Origin: an uncultured bacterium
GTDB taxonomy: Bacteria > Patescibacteriota > Minisyncoccia > Phycocordibacterales > Phycocordibacteraceae
Assembly (NCBI GenBank): GCA_963851445.1
Contig: CAWKPH010000001.1
Span: 617,363 to 681,362 of the forward strand
Direction: 5' to 3'
Length of the DNA: 64,000 nucleotides
Shown here piece by piece: positions 27,058-37,462 of this stretch (the stretch's first letter is position 1; each line of letters opens with the position of its first letter). The notes beneath the pieces are model-generated. The model made no database searches. It worked only from the letters and a program-made list of their open reading frames with translations, and had not been told where the DNA came from. Made by a program: the position numbers and the translations under genes.

Positions 27058-27665
27058 AGGATCTCAGATCGTATATCAGGCGTTCCCTTGCTCTCAATAA
27101 TTTCTCTCGATGATTCAGAGCCATCTTCGTTCTTGATGACCTTAACGAGACTTAGTGCATGATCGGTAAACAATATGCCATTCAGGTGATCGGTCTCGTG
27201 TTGGTATATTTGAGCTACAAGTCCACCTCCTCCGCGTTCAAATACCTTTCCCTTTGGGTCGTAGGCACGAATGGTTGCTCGTTCATGGCGCAGTGTTTGT
27301 CCGTATACGCCCCTCACCGAAAGGCATCCCTCATCAACTTCAACGCGTCGACGAGAACTCTTTACAAATTCGGGATTGATGAACACGCCAACTTCCGGGT
27401 CGAGCTCTGGCTTCTCCCTAGTCTTCACGGAGGGTTCTTCTTCTCGGGATTCCGGGATCGCGCGATCGAAGCGAACGATGAATATGCGGTAAGGAATTCC
27501 TATCTGGGGAGCAGCGAGTGCGACCCCATCTGGTTCCTGGTTAAGTGCTTCCTCCATATCCTTGAGCATCTCTTTAAGCTCATCGCTCCCGAAAAGGCCT
27601 CCGGGCATTGGCTGCATAACCTCATGCAGTAAGGGTTCGCCGCTCTGGAGTATAGGTTTTGGCAT
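27054..27665 (-). CDS. def: peptide deformylase
   Basis: Motifs G(V)ALAAPQIG, EGCLS and HETDHLNG. The start is taken at MPKPIL; the 127-aa upstream extension of the ORF is rejected. Confidence 0.8.
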   Translation of the reverse strand: MPKPILQSGEPLLHEVMQPMPGGLFGSDELKEMLKDMEEALNQEPDGVALAAPQIGIPYRIFIVRFDRAIPESREEEPSVKTREKPELDPEVGVFINPEFVKSSRRRVEVDEGCLSVRGVYGQTLRHERATIRAYDPKGKVFERGGGGLVAQIYQHETDHLNGILFTDHALSLVKVIKNEDGSESSREIIESKGTPDIRSEIL

Positions 27666-27705
27666 GCAAAGACTATAGCAAATAAAACCAAGAGCGGATG
27701 AACTC

Positions 27706-29580
27706 CTACCAAAGTGTCTCTGAATTAATATGCACGCGAACAGAGGGTGGCAGGCAAGACAGTTTCTCAGAAAGCGCTGGATTAGGCCATACGATTTCCG
27801 TAAGGTGAAGCACACTCGTACTGCGCCAGCGCGAGGGCGAAAGTGCTCGCGGGGGAAGCATTTGAGGCACATACGGAGCACATGCGGCGAGTATACGCGG
27901 CTGCATTTGTGCAATAAGTGTCGTACTTCCCTCGATATGAAAAACGATGAGTGTTCCAAATGGTGGATAATGAAGAATTTTACGTAGCGACACTTCCTCC
28001 TTCCAGAACGAAGTATCGTCCAGGGTTGCTGCAGTCGTTTTTGCACTCATAAGTGTCTGGAGCGCAGCATCTTCAGGATGACGTGTTGCAATAATCAAAC
28101 GCTGCGCTCGTTCAGCGAGCATAAGGCTTATACGTACCAGTCGCTCGCGTGCTCGCCAAAAGGGAAGCGCAAGGAGCGAGTCCGCAGAAGCGACAACCGC
28201 AAGCTCTAGCTGCATAAAAGGATTAAGCCACGGCAACATGAGTTCCGTCCCGACGAGTATTGCGCCTGGTTCGCTCTGTGCTACCTTCACGATGGTACGA
28301 AGTTTTGCAGAACTGGTGTCCTGATCAATACGAATTACCGTTCCTTTTGGAAATGCGCTCCGCAACTCTTCTTCTACTCGTTCACTTCCAACACCAAGTG
28401 GTACAAGATTCCAACTGCCACATAATTTGCAAAGAGTCTTGGCACTTTCGATACTTGCTCCATCCGCCGAGCGTAAAATGCGTGCGTTGTTCTCGCTTGC
28501 AAGCGAGAGTGCACGACCATACGCATCGGTCACCGGTGTCTCGCAATCGCGACACACCACTGCAGGGGCGTAGCCACGCCTAACCGCAAGCACCACTACC
28601 TGGCCTCCTCCTTGATGGACCGTACGAATTTCTCGCAGAATCGGTTCAGGAATCGCATGCCACTTCGTCCTTTCCTCCTTAATTCCCTTCGGGATTCTCA
28701 CATCAACAACTCGAATATTTTTAGGTATACCTCCCGTAAGTGCTGAATCCGGTTTCGGACGATACTCAAGTGGTAGTGGGTAATCACCATAGGTGATCGA
28801 TACATTTCTGGCACGGGCAAGCGCTTGAAGTGCTACGCGTATGTCAATATAGGGACGCTTGGGGAGGGAATAACTTCCCGCGCTCACCCGATCGATAATG
28901 ATCCCTGCCAATTCCTTGATCGGAATCCATACGAAACCCGGCGTAACAATAACGAGCCTTGTGGAATCATACGCTTTCGAGAAAACTGTCCCCCGACGCT
29001 TTTCTGAAATGCTTCCCGTAATCACCACTGGTTTAAATTCCTTAAAATATTCACCAAAGGTTCGCGCTTCGGCTTCGGTTGGCACGACAATAAGTAGTGT
29101 TCCAGAGTGAGTTTTAGAAGTTACGAGGGATTCGTAGTCCCGAAGTCTTGAAAGAAGAGGAGCCTCCTTATGGACAACGCTAGCCGTTTCTCCTCTTTTT
29201 TTATTTGCTCCGCGCACATTACTGCGCAAGGTGATTTTTAGTTCGACTTCACCACCTGCGAGTATCGGAATGAGGAGCGACGAGAGTACACTACCGAATG
29301 TACTGGCATGATACAGGGCCGTGGCTTTGGCAGCTTCCACATAGGCCCTGGGCAAGCGGCCATGCGTTTTGGAGGTACTTTTCAGGAGCAAGAATGAAGC
29401 GTTCTTGAGCTCAGCTTTCGCCTCTCGTACGGGAATGCTCTCTACCACCACTGCCGGTAGGAGTTTTCGACGAAGCGGTACGGTGACAATTGTTCCGGGG
29501 GTGAGCTTTTTAGAACTTCTGTATGAGAGCGCCTGTGCGGGAGCTGTTCGTGAAAGAGGGATGACGTCGATGACAAACAT
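27706..29580 (-). CDS. priA: primosomal protein N' (PriA)-like, with degenerate helicase motifs
   Basis: N-terminal 3'-DNA-binding-like region, Cys4 zinc-binding insert (CRDCETP…CKLCGS) and a PriA-like RecA-fold layout. GxGKT is replaced by SKTHSGT and DEEH by DRVS. Confidence 0.65.
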   Translation of the reverse strand: MFVIDVIPLSRTAPAQALSYRSSKKLTPGTIVTVPLRRKLLPAVVVESIPVREAKAELKNASFLLLKSTSKTHGRLPRAYVEAAKATALYHASTFGSVLSSLLIPILAGGEVELKITLRSNVRGANKKRGETASVVHKEAPLLSRLRDYESLVTSKTHSGTLLIVVPTEAEARTFGEYFKEFKPVVITGSISEKRRGTVFSKAYDSTRLVIVTPGFVWIPIKELAGIIIDRVSAGSYSLPKRPYIDIRVALQALARARNVSITYGDYPLPLEYRPKPDSALTGGIPKNIRVVDVRIPKGIKEERTKWHAIPEPILREIRTVHQGGGQVVVLAVRRGYAPAVVCRDCETPVTDAYGRALSLASENNARILRSADGASIESAKTLCKLCGSWNLVPLGVGSERVEEELRSAFPKGTVIRIDQDTSSAKLRTIVKVAQSEPGAILVGTELMLPWLNPFMQLELAVVASADSLLALPFWRARERLVRISLMLAERAQRLIIATRHPEDAALQTLMSAKTTAATLDDTSFWKEEVSLRKILHYPPFGTLIVFHIEGSTTLIAQMQPRILAACAPYVPQMLPPRALSPSRWRSTSVLHLTEIVWPNPALSEKLSCLPPSVRVHINSETLW

Positions 29581-29606
29581 TCCTCCAGTGTACCCTTAAT
29601 CAGAGA

Positions 29607-30419
29607 TTATAATGAAAGGCTAAATACTGACTTTTGTTCGTGTGCGACTATCGTTCCATTCGGGAGTTGTCCAAAGGTGGGGGGAGCAACAGCGCCAACA
29701 ATAGGCGCAAAGAATTGAGGGCTTCGAGGGTCAAGTGCTATGACATAGAGTGAATTACCAAGCCCCACAAGAAGCGCATCTTGCCGGCCAGGATATTGAA
29801 GCACGGCGGTAAGAGAATTCGTTGGTGCGAATATAATAGTCGGTGCACACTTGCCGACAAGACAAAGATAGGAAGGGGTTGTGCAGCCCCTCGCAGATGT
29901 GGCACTAGCGAGAACTTGGTTATTCTCGACATATACAAGAGCACAGCCGTTCTCAAGTTTGAGCGGATGAGAGAATGTAGGAAGCGTTGTTGAAGCGATT
30001 GTGGCAAGAGCTGTGGTCTCCGCACTCCCACTTAGCAGCTGAACCTTAGTAGAAGTACTTACCAGGATAGGATCAACCGTTTGATTTTCGCCCGAAGAAA
30101 TGTCAACGATGGCACTCCAGGGAAAATCTGAAGGGTTAGCAACGATAACTACATGATTGCCTGCGACAAGGTCGAACGTCATATTGCCCGCCTTTTCTGC
30201 GGTGCCTCTGAGGGCCGTATCTGTGTATACGGAGGCGCCTTTTGAAAGATTGAGGAGTGTAAGTGTACCAACTCGTGAAAGGGTTACCCCCGGGCCAACG
30301 CGATATCCAAGTTCATATGCGCTCGCTAAAATGGCAACAAGTATGAGCGCAATGATAAGAAGACTGAATTTCTTTAGGTACCGTATAAATTGTTTCATGG
30401 ATGATGCAGTATATGACAC
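29607..30419 (-). CDS. hypothetical secreted/membrane-anchored protein
   Basis: N-terminal TM/signal helix (LIIALILVAILASAY), then a Thr/Ser/Ala-rich, beta-rich domain. Confidence 0.45.
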   Translation of the reverse strand: MSYTASSMKQFIRYLKKFSLLIIALILVAILASAYELGYRVGPGVTLSRVGTLTLLNLSKGASVYTDTALRGTAEKAGNMTFDLVAGNHVVIVANPSDFPWSAIVDISSGENQTVDPILVSTSTKVQLLSGSAETTALATIASTTLPTFSHPLKLENGCALVYVENNQVLASATSARGCTTPSYLCLVGKCAPTIIFAPTNSLTAVLQYPGRQDALLVGLGNSLYVIALDPRSPQFFAPIVGAVAPPTFGQLPNGTIVAHEQKSVFSLSL

Positions 30420-30428
30420 TAGGATACA

Positions 30429-31742
30429 TTAATCCATTGTTTCTATCTCTGCACCTATCGCCTTGAGACGCAGTACAAGATCTTCGTACCCTCGATTGAT
30501 GCTGTAAATATTGCGAAGTATAGAACGGCCCTGGGCCGCAAGCATCCCAATGAGAAGGATTGTTGCAGGGCGCAGAGCCGGAGGGCAAATCATTTCCGCA
30601 GCGCGTAGGTGGCGCGGTCCCAGTATCTGGATACGGTGCGGGTCGAGAAGTATAGTTTCTGCACCCAATCGATCTAGTTCGGTGTAGTAGATAGCGCGTT
30701 TCTCGTATACCCAGTCGTGAATCATCGTCGTGCCTTCTGCTTGCGTTGCGATAACTGCGAAGAATGGAAGATTATCGATATTGAGCGCAGGATAAGGACG
30801 CGCATGAATTTTCTCAGGAAGGGCAGTCAGTTTTGAGGGCTCAATCGTAATATCGGCAAGCTTGGTGATACCATTTTCTGAGGTTCCGGCGTTACGTACC
30901 GAATACCTGAGGCCCATTTTTCCAAGTACAAATAATTCGATCTCAAGAAAATCAATGGGTGCGCGCAGGATCGTAAGTTCTGAGTTGGTTGTCGCAGCAG
31001 CGGCAATGAAGAACATGGCGTCAGTCGGATCTTCAGCGATTGTGTACGAAACATTCAGATCTATCTCAGGAACACCCGTTATCGTCATTGTAGTTGTACC
31101 AATACCCTCAATCCCAACGCCAAGCAGTTTAAGAAAACCGCATACTTCCTGCACCTGATAGTTTGCAGAGGCGCCCTTTACGACACTTACTCCGGGTATA
31201 TGTGACGCGGTAAGAAGGGCATTGATGGTTGCGGTGTCGCTTGCTTCATAGAAGATAATCGTTTCAGGATGAAGTTTCGTATGTGTTACGTGGTAGTGAT
31301 CACTTTCAGTTGCGATTTCAACACCAAACGGCTCAAGCGCCCAGAGATGGGGACGCACAGAACGTAGACCAAGTGTGCAACCTCCCGATTGAGGAATGTC
31401 GAACGATTTGAAGTAATGCAGAAGAGGGCCGATAAACATGAGAATACTTCGGGTGCGCGTGGCGGCGATGCGGTCGATGGTATCAAGAGTGAGTTTCGAA
31501 GGTGGCGTTATGACAAGGTCATGGTCGCGCCACTCTACATGGACACCGATCGAACGGAGCACTTCGATTAAGCGATGAACCTCTTCGATCTTTGGCACCT
31601 TGAGAAGTGTCGTCGTGCCTTTATTAAGAAGTGATGCGGCCAGAAGAGCGACGGCACCATTCTTTGAGCGATTGGTTTCTACTGATCCGGATAGCTTTTT
31701 ACCACCCTCAACAACAAAATTCTTCTCCTCATTTTGTGGCAT
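30429..31742 (-). CDS. murA: UDP-N-acetylglucosamine 1-carboxyvinyltransferase
   Basis: EPSP-synthase-fold MurA pattern (…VEGGKKLSGSVETNRSKNGAVALLAASLL…). 437 aa. Confidence 0.85.
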   Translation of the reverse strand: MPQNEEKNFVVEGGKKLSGSVETNRSKNGAVALLAASLLNKGTTTLLKVPKIEEVHRLIEVLRSIGVHVEWRDHDLVITPPSKLTLDTIDRIAATRTRSILMFIGPLLHYFKSFDIPQSGGCTLGLRSVRPHLWALEPFGVEIATESDHYHVTHTKLHPETIIFYEASDTATINALLTASHIPGVSVVKGASANYQVQEVCGFLKLLGVGIEGIGTTTMTITGVPEIDLNVSYTIAEDPTDAMFFIAAAATTNSELTILRAPIDFLEIELFVLGKMGLRYSVRNAGTSENGITKLADITIEPSKLTALPEKIHARPYPALNIDNLPFFAVIATQAEGTTMIHDWVYEKRAIYYTELDRLGAETILLDPHRIQILGPRHLRAAEMICPPALRPATILLIGMLAAQGRSILRNIYSINRGYEDLVLRLKAIGAEIETMD

Positions 31743-31815
31743 CTACAAAGTATAGCAGAGCGAAATTTTGCTGAATTTGAACTTATATAAAGAAACGCGG
31801 TATACTGAGCTCTAA

Positions 31816-32829
31816 ATGGCTGCTTTTTCACCAAAACTAGGCATAGACCTAGGTACGACGAACGTGCTCGTTTTTGTACCCGGCAAGGGCATCGTACTCA
31901 ATGAACCCTCTGTAGTTGCCGTATCTACCGAGAACAATAAGGTTTTGGCGATTGGTGTTGAGGCTAAGCAAATGATCGGTCGCACCCCAGACTCCATTAC
32001 TGCCTATCGTCCAATGAAGGACGGCGTGATCGCTGATTATCGCGTAACAGAGGCAATGCTTCGCTATTTCATACGTAAATCTCTTGGCCGGTACAATATG
32101 TTTAAGCCGACGGTACTCATTTCTGTTCCTGCGGGCGTTACCTCAACTGAGAAACGAGCGGTGATTGAAGCTGCCGTAAAGGCTGGTGCGCGTGATGCGT
32201 TTGTGGTGAAGGAACCGATCTTGGCTGCCATAGGCGCAGGTATCCCAATCCATGAACCAATGGGCCGCATGGTTGCGGATTTAGGGGGTGGAACTATTGA
32301 TGTTGCCGTAATCTCGCTTGGAGGCATTGTCGCTTCAACCTCGGTTAAGTGTGCCGGCAATAAACTGGACCGGGCAATTATTGATTATGTGAAGAAGCAA
32401 TATAATCTGGCGATCGGTGATAAGACCGCAGAGGACATAAAGATTCAGATAGGTTCAGCAGTGCCGGTGACCGAGGAATTAATGATGAATGTAAAGGGTA
32501 GGGATCTCGTATCAGGATTACCACGCACGGTCGAACTCAAGACCAATGAGGTTGTCGAGGCCATGCATCGTGAACTTCGTGAGATGATGGGTGCGATACG
32601 CAGAGTACTGCAGGACACGCCGCCTGAGCTTGCGAGTGACATTATAGATAATGGGATCATGCTCACGGGCGGTACATCGCAATTGCGCAATCTTCCGGAA
32701 TTAGTGTATCGCCGTACGGGTGTCAGCGCGGACCTCGCGCAGGATGCGTATTTCTGTGTCGCGCGCGGCACAGGCATTGCACTTCGCCACCTCGACCAAT
32801 ACAAGAAAAGCATCATCTCAAAAAAATAA
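31816..32829 (+). CDS. mreB: MreB/Mbl actin-like protein (paralogue 1, orphan)
   Basis: LGIDLGTTNVLVFV…EPSVVAV…, 337 aa. Confidence 0.8.
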   Translation: MAAFSPKLGIDLGTTNVLVFVPGKGIVLNEPSVVAVSTENNKVLAIGVEAKQMIGRTPDSITAYRPMKDGVIADYRVTEAMLRYFIRKSLGRYNMFKPTVLISVPAGVTSTEKRAVIEAAVKAGARDAFVVKEPILAAIGAGIPIHEPMGRMVADLGGGTIDVAVISLGGIVASTSVKCAGNKLDRAIIDYVKKQYNLAIGDKTAEDIKIQIGSAVPVTEELMMNVKGRDLVSGLPRTVELKTNEVVEAMHRELREMMGAIRRVLQDTPPELASDIIDNGIMLTGGTSQLRNLPELVYRRTGVSADLAQDAYFCVARGTGIALRHLDQYKKSIISKK

Positions 32830-32861
32830 TTTCCAGAATTCCGACAGGATATACTAAGGGA

Positions 32862-33560
32862 ATGGCGCATCACGCGTATTACGTCAGCAATGAGACCGAG
32901 AAGGGAATAGCAAGTGCGCTTGCCTTTATCGAGCATGAACTTGGCCTTGAAATAAATAACAATCCCGATGTTATCGTTTTGCGTTACGGCCTCTTGTCAG
33001 TAGACGATGCACGCACTATCCGTGCATTTGGCAATCTTTCCCCAGCCGCAGGTAATGTAAAAGTTCTCATAATCTCCACGAGCCGCTTCTTTCACGAAGC
33101 GCAAAACGCGCTTCTCAAGCTTTTTGAGGAACCACCTGAGGGTACGTATCTTGTACTGGTCATTCCGGCAGAGGGCATGCTCTTGCCAACTCTACGATCG
33201 CGACTCATGCCACTGCCAGCTGAGAAAGCTCCCGAACTACGCCTCCCAATTTCACTTGAGACGCAGGAATTCCTTGCGGCGCCTAGGACTGAGCGTGAGA
33301 AGCTCATCGGAAAACTTCTCGATAGGGCACGCTCAGATAAGGATGAAGAAAAGCAAGCAGGGCGACTGGCTGCCGTTCGGTTGGTGGAGGGTTTGACGCA
33401 GGCAGTCTATCAAAAGTGGCAGATTGAAAAAAACAGCGCACAGCGCAAAAATGCTCAGTTATTCCTAGAGGATTTAAATCACTTCTTACCAATCCTGCAC
33501 GAGCGCTCAGCCCCCCTTAAACTCATTTTCGAGCATATTCTCATCGTGTCTCCTCTATAA
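32862..33560 (+). CDS. holB: DNA polymerase III delta' subunit-like (short)
   Basis: HAYYV motif, LKLFEEPP and TLRSRL (the SRC-like box). Only 232 aa. Confidence 0.55.
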   Translation: MAHHAYYVSNETEKGIASALAFIEHELGLEINNNPDVIVLRYGLLSVDDARTIRAFGNLSPAAGNVKVLIISTSRFFHEAQNALLKLFEEPPEGTYLVLVIPAEGMLLPTLRSRLMPLPAEKAPELRLPISLETQEFLAAPRTEREKLIGKLLDRARSDKDEEKQAGRLAAVRLVEGLTQAVYQKWQIEKNSAQRKNAQLFLEDLNHFLPILHERSAPLKLIFEHILIVSPL

Positions 33561-33644
33561 ATCGATATCAGACATAGTAAAAGTTCGTGCTCAGTTACCT
33601 TCTCATTTGGTCAATCGCTATAATTTGCTACACTACGAATATCT

Positions 33645-34187
33645 ATGGCCTACGACTTTGGTCCCCTCGATGCGCAAATAAAGGAAACAGAGCAGTGGCT
33701 CGCACACGAGTTTTCGAGCATTCGTACCGGTCGGGCCTCTCCTGCGCTTCTTGATACGATTAAGGTAGATGCGTACACCTCGCATACTCCCCTTAGCCAG
33801 ATTGCTTCGGTAACCATTGAGGATGCTCGTACGCTGCGTATTACCCCGTGGGACAAGAGCCTCATAAAAGCAATCGAAAAGGCAATTATGGAATCGGACC
33901 TGGGTATTTCAGCATCGCCAGACGAGGTGGGTCTACGCGTTTCGTTTCCTGAACTCACCGCTGAACGCCGCACACTCCTTCTCAAGCTCGCAAACGAACG
34001 ACACGAGCAGGCGAAGATAACGCTTCGTGGATATCGTGCAGAGACAATTAAATCTTTAGAATCATCTGAAGGTGTGGGGAAGGATGAAATCTTTCGTCTC
34101 AAAGAGGAGATTCAGAAGCGCATAGATAGCGGTGTTGCAGCACTCGATGCGCTCGAGAAGAAGAAGCAGGACGAAATCACACAATAA
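33645..34187 (+). CDS. frr: ribosome recycling factor
   Basis: …FSSIRTGRASPALLDTIKVDAYTSHTPLSQIASV…, 180 aa. Confidence 0.85.
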   Translation: MAYDFGPLDAQIKETEQWLAHEFSSIRTGRASPALLDTIKVDAYTSHTPLSQIASVTIEDARTLRITPWDKSLIKAIEKAIMESDLGISASPDEVGLRVSFPELTAERRTLLLKLANERHEQAKITLRGYRAETIKSLESSEGVGKDEIFRLKEEIQKRIDSGVAALDALEKKKQDEITQ

Positions 34188-34190
34188 AAT

Positions 34191-35345
34191 ATGGGAATCA
34201 TTACAGAAATACTAATTTTCCTTGTTGTAATCGTTGTACTCATTCTTGTGCACGAGCTTGGACACTTTATCGTGGCAAAAATCTGTGGCATGCGCGTCGA
34301 CGAATTCGGCATCGGCTATCCACCGCGAGCACTTACCATCGCGAAGATTGGGGAGACAGAGTATACCCTTAACTGGCTGCCCTTTGGCGGCTTTGTACGT
34401 ATCTATGGCGAGGATGGTAATGATGAAGCGAAAAAAGAGAATGGATCAATCGAAGGGGATACGCTTCCGAAGCGTCGTTCATTTACTGCCAAACCACGCA
34501 TACTGCAGGCACTTACTCTTATTGCAGGCATCGCGATGAATTGGATTTTTGCATTTATTCTTATCACTATAACGCTCGTGATTGGTACGCCGCAACCTAT
34601 TTCTGCGCAGCAGGTTCCGCTCGCAACGAACGTATATCTTGCCGTCGACTCTGTTAATCCAGGGTCGCCAGCAGTTAAAGATGGATTCCAAGAAGGGGAC
34701 GAAATAAAGAATTCGACCATACTGAATAGTACGCTCAGGATAAGCTACAACGGCACCAACCCGAGTGCTCTGAGCACACTCATCGCTTCTGATGCCAGTA
34801 GTTCGCCGATGGCGTTTGTGATCGAGCGAAATGGCAAGACGATAACTATTACCGCGGCACCTGTCAAAGGAGCAGTAGTAGGCGATCCCTCTCGCGTAGG
34901 GTTCGGCTTTGCGCTTGCATCAGTTGGCACTATTAAGACCGCAATCGGTAAAGCACCACTCCAAGGTCTCGAGCTCACCTGGAATGCAACTGAACGCACT
35001 GCCCAAGGCCTCTGGACGCTACTAAAGGGTCTGGTGACATTCTCGGCTAATCTTTCGCAAGTTGCAGGACCGGTGGGTATTGCGGGTGCGATCGGACAGG
35101 CCTCAGCACAAGGACTGTCAGCGCTACTATCACTTTCCGCTCTGATCTCAATCAATCTCGCGATTGTGAACCTGATACCAATCCCTGCGCTTGATGGTGG
35201 CAGACTTCTTTTTGTCATAATCGAATCGATCACTCGAAAGCCTATACCATCTCGAATCTCAGAACGTGTGAACGCCATAGGCTTTGCGCTACTCATTCTC
35301 CTCATGGTCATTATTACAGGTCACGATATTTGGAATTTGTTCTGA
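34191..35345 (+). CDS. rseP: RIP metalloprotease RseP (site-2 protease, M50)
   Basis: HELGHF zinc motif in TM1, a PDZ-like middle region and LDGG in the last TM. Confidence 0.8.
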   Translation: MGIITEILIFLVVIVVLILVHELGHFIVAKICGMRVDEFGIGYPPRALTIAKIGETEYTLNWLPFGGFVRIYGEDGNDEAKKENGSIEGDTLPKRRSFTAKPRILQALTLIAGIAMNWIFAFILITITLVIGTPQPISAQQVPLATNVYLAVDSVNPGSPAVKDGFQEGDEIKNSTILNSTLRISYNGTNPSALSTLIASDASSSPMAFVIERNGKTITITAAPVKGAVVGDPSRVGFGFALASVGTIKTAIGKAPLQGLELTWNATERTAQGLWTLLKGLVTFSANLSQVAGPVGIAGAIGQASAQGLSALLSLSALISINLAIVNLIPIPALDGGRLLFVIIESITRKPIPSRISERVNAIGFALLILLMVIITGHDIWNLF

Positions 35346-35394
35346 TCAGAAGTGTGAGTCATAAAAATCAAAAGAAAATAAAAAACCGCCTTCC

Positions 35395-36000
35395 TCAAGA
35401 AGCGGCTTCGAGAAACCTGTGGATGTGGCTCATAGCTCTCAGAATAGCCTCATCAATATGCCCAGTGTTGAAGATAAATTTGAAATCGGCCGGGTGATGC
35501 GTACGGGCAGCCAAGTCCCAGGTCTTCTCATTCTCGCGCCGCTCTTTTGAGGCAGCACTGTTAGGGTCACCACCGCGTTCGCACTCACGACGCAAGAGAT
35601 CTTCTTCTCGTGCAAACACATAGAGAGGCAGAAATGTTCTTGATAGGTTGCATGTATGCGCTTCGATAAAGTGCTCAAGTATTGGTAGCACCCGGGGAAC
35701 AAGAACCATAAGCCCGATGGCTTCTGGCTCGTCGAGCACCTGTGCAACGGCGCTTCGGGGAGTAGCGTACAGATTTCCCCCTTTCCACCTTTCTTCCCAA
35801 AGGAAGGGGCCGTGTCTACCCATGGCGGCAGGATCGACAAACACATACTCACAGTGGGGATTTCCCACTTCACCTGGCCGCGCGCTACGGGTTGTCACAC
35901 TCATGACTGGCCGAGCGAGCCGGAGCTTTTTATATATTCCAGCCGCTATGGCTGACTTTCCCGCACACGAGCGGCCGGTAAGAGTTACGATCATGCCCAT
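35395..36000 (-). CDS. gmk: guanylate kinase-like P-loop kinase
   Basis: P-loop LTGRSCAGKS, then TTRSARPGEV…Y.FVD…FLWEERWKGGNLYATP, a pattern typical of Gmk. Confidence 0.55.
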   Translation of the reverse strand: MGMIVTLTGRSCAGKSAIAAGIYKKLRLARPVMSVTTRSARPGEVGNPHCEYVFVDPAAMGRHGPFLWEERWKGGNLYATPRSAVAQVLDEPEAIGLMVLVPRVLPILEHFIEAHTCNLSRTFLPLYVFAREEDLLRRECERGGDPNSAASKERRENEKTWDLAARTHHPADFKFIFNTGHIDEAILRAMSHIHRFLEAAS

Positions 36001-36125
36001 TGAACAATCCTTCGTGGTTCATCTCAATTTACCTTATGATGCTTGTGGGATTTGTCAATTTGCTCCCAAAATTAAAGTGAGATGACTATTTTGCGGTTCA
36101 CAACTTCGCAACGTATACTGAACGA

Positions 36126-37460
36126 ATGCGACAATCGGCTCTGTTTACGAAGACTAGGCGCGAAGCACCGGCGGACGAGGTTTCTAAGAATGCACAGCTA
36201 CTTATTCGTGCCGGCTATATACATAAGGAGATGGCAGGCGTATACGCCTACCTGCCGCTTGGCCTACGTGTTATTGAGAACATAAAAAAGATAGTGCGTG
36301 AGGAAATGAACAGCATTGGTGGTCAAGAAATGATCATGACGGCCTTGCAGCGCAAGGAACTTTGGGAGATAACCGATCGATGGGATGACGACAAGGTCGA
36401 CGTGTGGTTCAAATCAACGTTCAAGAATGGTATGGAAGTAGGATTCGGATGGTCACATGAAGAACCGATTACCGAAATGATGAAGAATTTCATTTCAAGC
36501 TATCGTGATATGCCTGCGTACGTGTATCAATTTCAAACAAAACTACGCAACGAGCTCCGTGCGAAATCCGGTATTATGCGGGGGCGCGAATTTATTATGA
36601 AGGATATGTACTCATATTCGATCGACGAAGAGTCGCATAAGAAATTTTATGACACGGTCACTGCCGCATATTTGCGAATATTCGAACGTGTTGGCCTTGG
36701 TAATCGCACCTTCCTCACATTCGCTTCTGGCGGAGCGTTCACACAATTCAGCCATGAATTTCAGACACTTTCAGAGGTAGGAGAGGATTCAATTTTTGTT
36801 GATAAGGGGAAAAATATCGCTATCAACAAAGAGGTGCTAACCCCAGAAGTGTTAACCCAGCTTGGCGTAAGTAGCGGAGAACTTGAGGAAATGAAATCCA
36901 TAGAAGTAGGGAACATATTTAGCTTCGGCGACGTAAAATCGAAGCAGCTTGGGCTTTTATACCGCGACGAAGAGGGGAGTGAAAAGCCTGTGATACTTGG
37001 TTCCTATGGGATTGGCATCACACGTCTTATGGGCACGGTTGTCGAAATATTTGCGGATGATAAGGGAATTGTTTGGCCTATTGAAATAGCGCCGTTTAGA
37101 CTCCACGTGGTCAGTGCTCTCCCGAATGATCCGGAGGTCGTAGCAGCAGCCGATGAGCTTTACAACATACTCAGTGTCCGCGGCGCAAACGTGCTCTATG
37201 ATGATCGTGATCTACGTGCGGGGGAGAAATTCACGGATAGTGATTTACTAGGTATTCCCTATCGTATTATCGTCGGGAAGGAAGCAGTGGCGGGGAATCC
37301 GTATGAAGTTGTAAATCGCGCAACAGGCGAAGTGCGTCGTTACGAACTCGAAGAATTGCTGCATCAATTCGCAAACTCACCCATGCCAGCTGCTATCGCT
37401 ACACCCGATGAACCTGTGGAAGCAGAAAGCGAAGAAGGAGGAAATTCTGACATAAAATAA
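36126..37460 (+). CDS. proS: proline--tRNA ligase (short form without large editing insertion)
   Basis: Class II ProRS N-terminus (TRREAPADEVSKNAQLLIRAGYI…GVYAYLPLGLRV) and an anticodon-binding C-terminus. 444 aa. Confidence 0.85.
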   Translation: MRQSALFTKTRREAPADEVSKNAQLLIRAGYIHKEMAGVYAYLPLGLRVIENIKKIVREEMNSIGGQEMIMTALQRKELWEITDRWDDDKVDVWFKSTFKNGMEVGFGWSHEEPITEMMKNFISSYRDMPAYVYQFQTKLRNELRAKSGIMRGREFIMKDMYSYSIDEESHKKFYDTVTAAYLRIFERVGLGNRTFLTFASGGAFTQFSHEFQTLSEVGEDSIFVDKGKNIAINKEVLTPEVLTQLGVSSGELEEMKSIEVGNIFSFGDVKSKQLGLLYRDEEGSEKPVILGSYGIGITRLMGTVVEIFADDKGIVWPIEIAPFRLHVVSALPNDPEVVAAADELYNILSVRGANVLYDDRDLRAGEKFTDSDLLGIPYRIIVGKEAVAGNPYEVVNRATGEVRRYELEELLHQFANSPMPAAIATPDEPVEAESEEGGNSDIK

Positions 37461-37462
37461 GT

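Noticed and set aside
27666-28046. 127-aa N-terminal extension of the def ORF
   Set aside because: It overlaps priA on the same strand in another frame and has no deformylase similarity. Def begins at MPKPIL.
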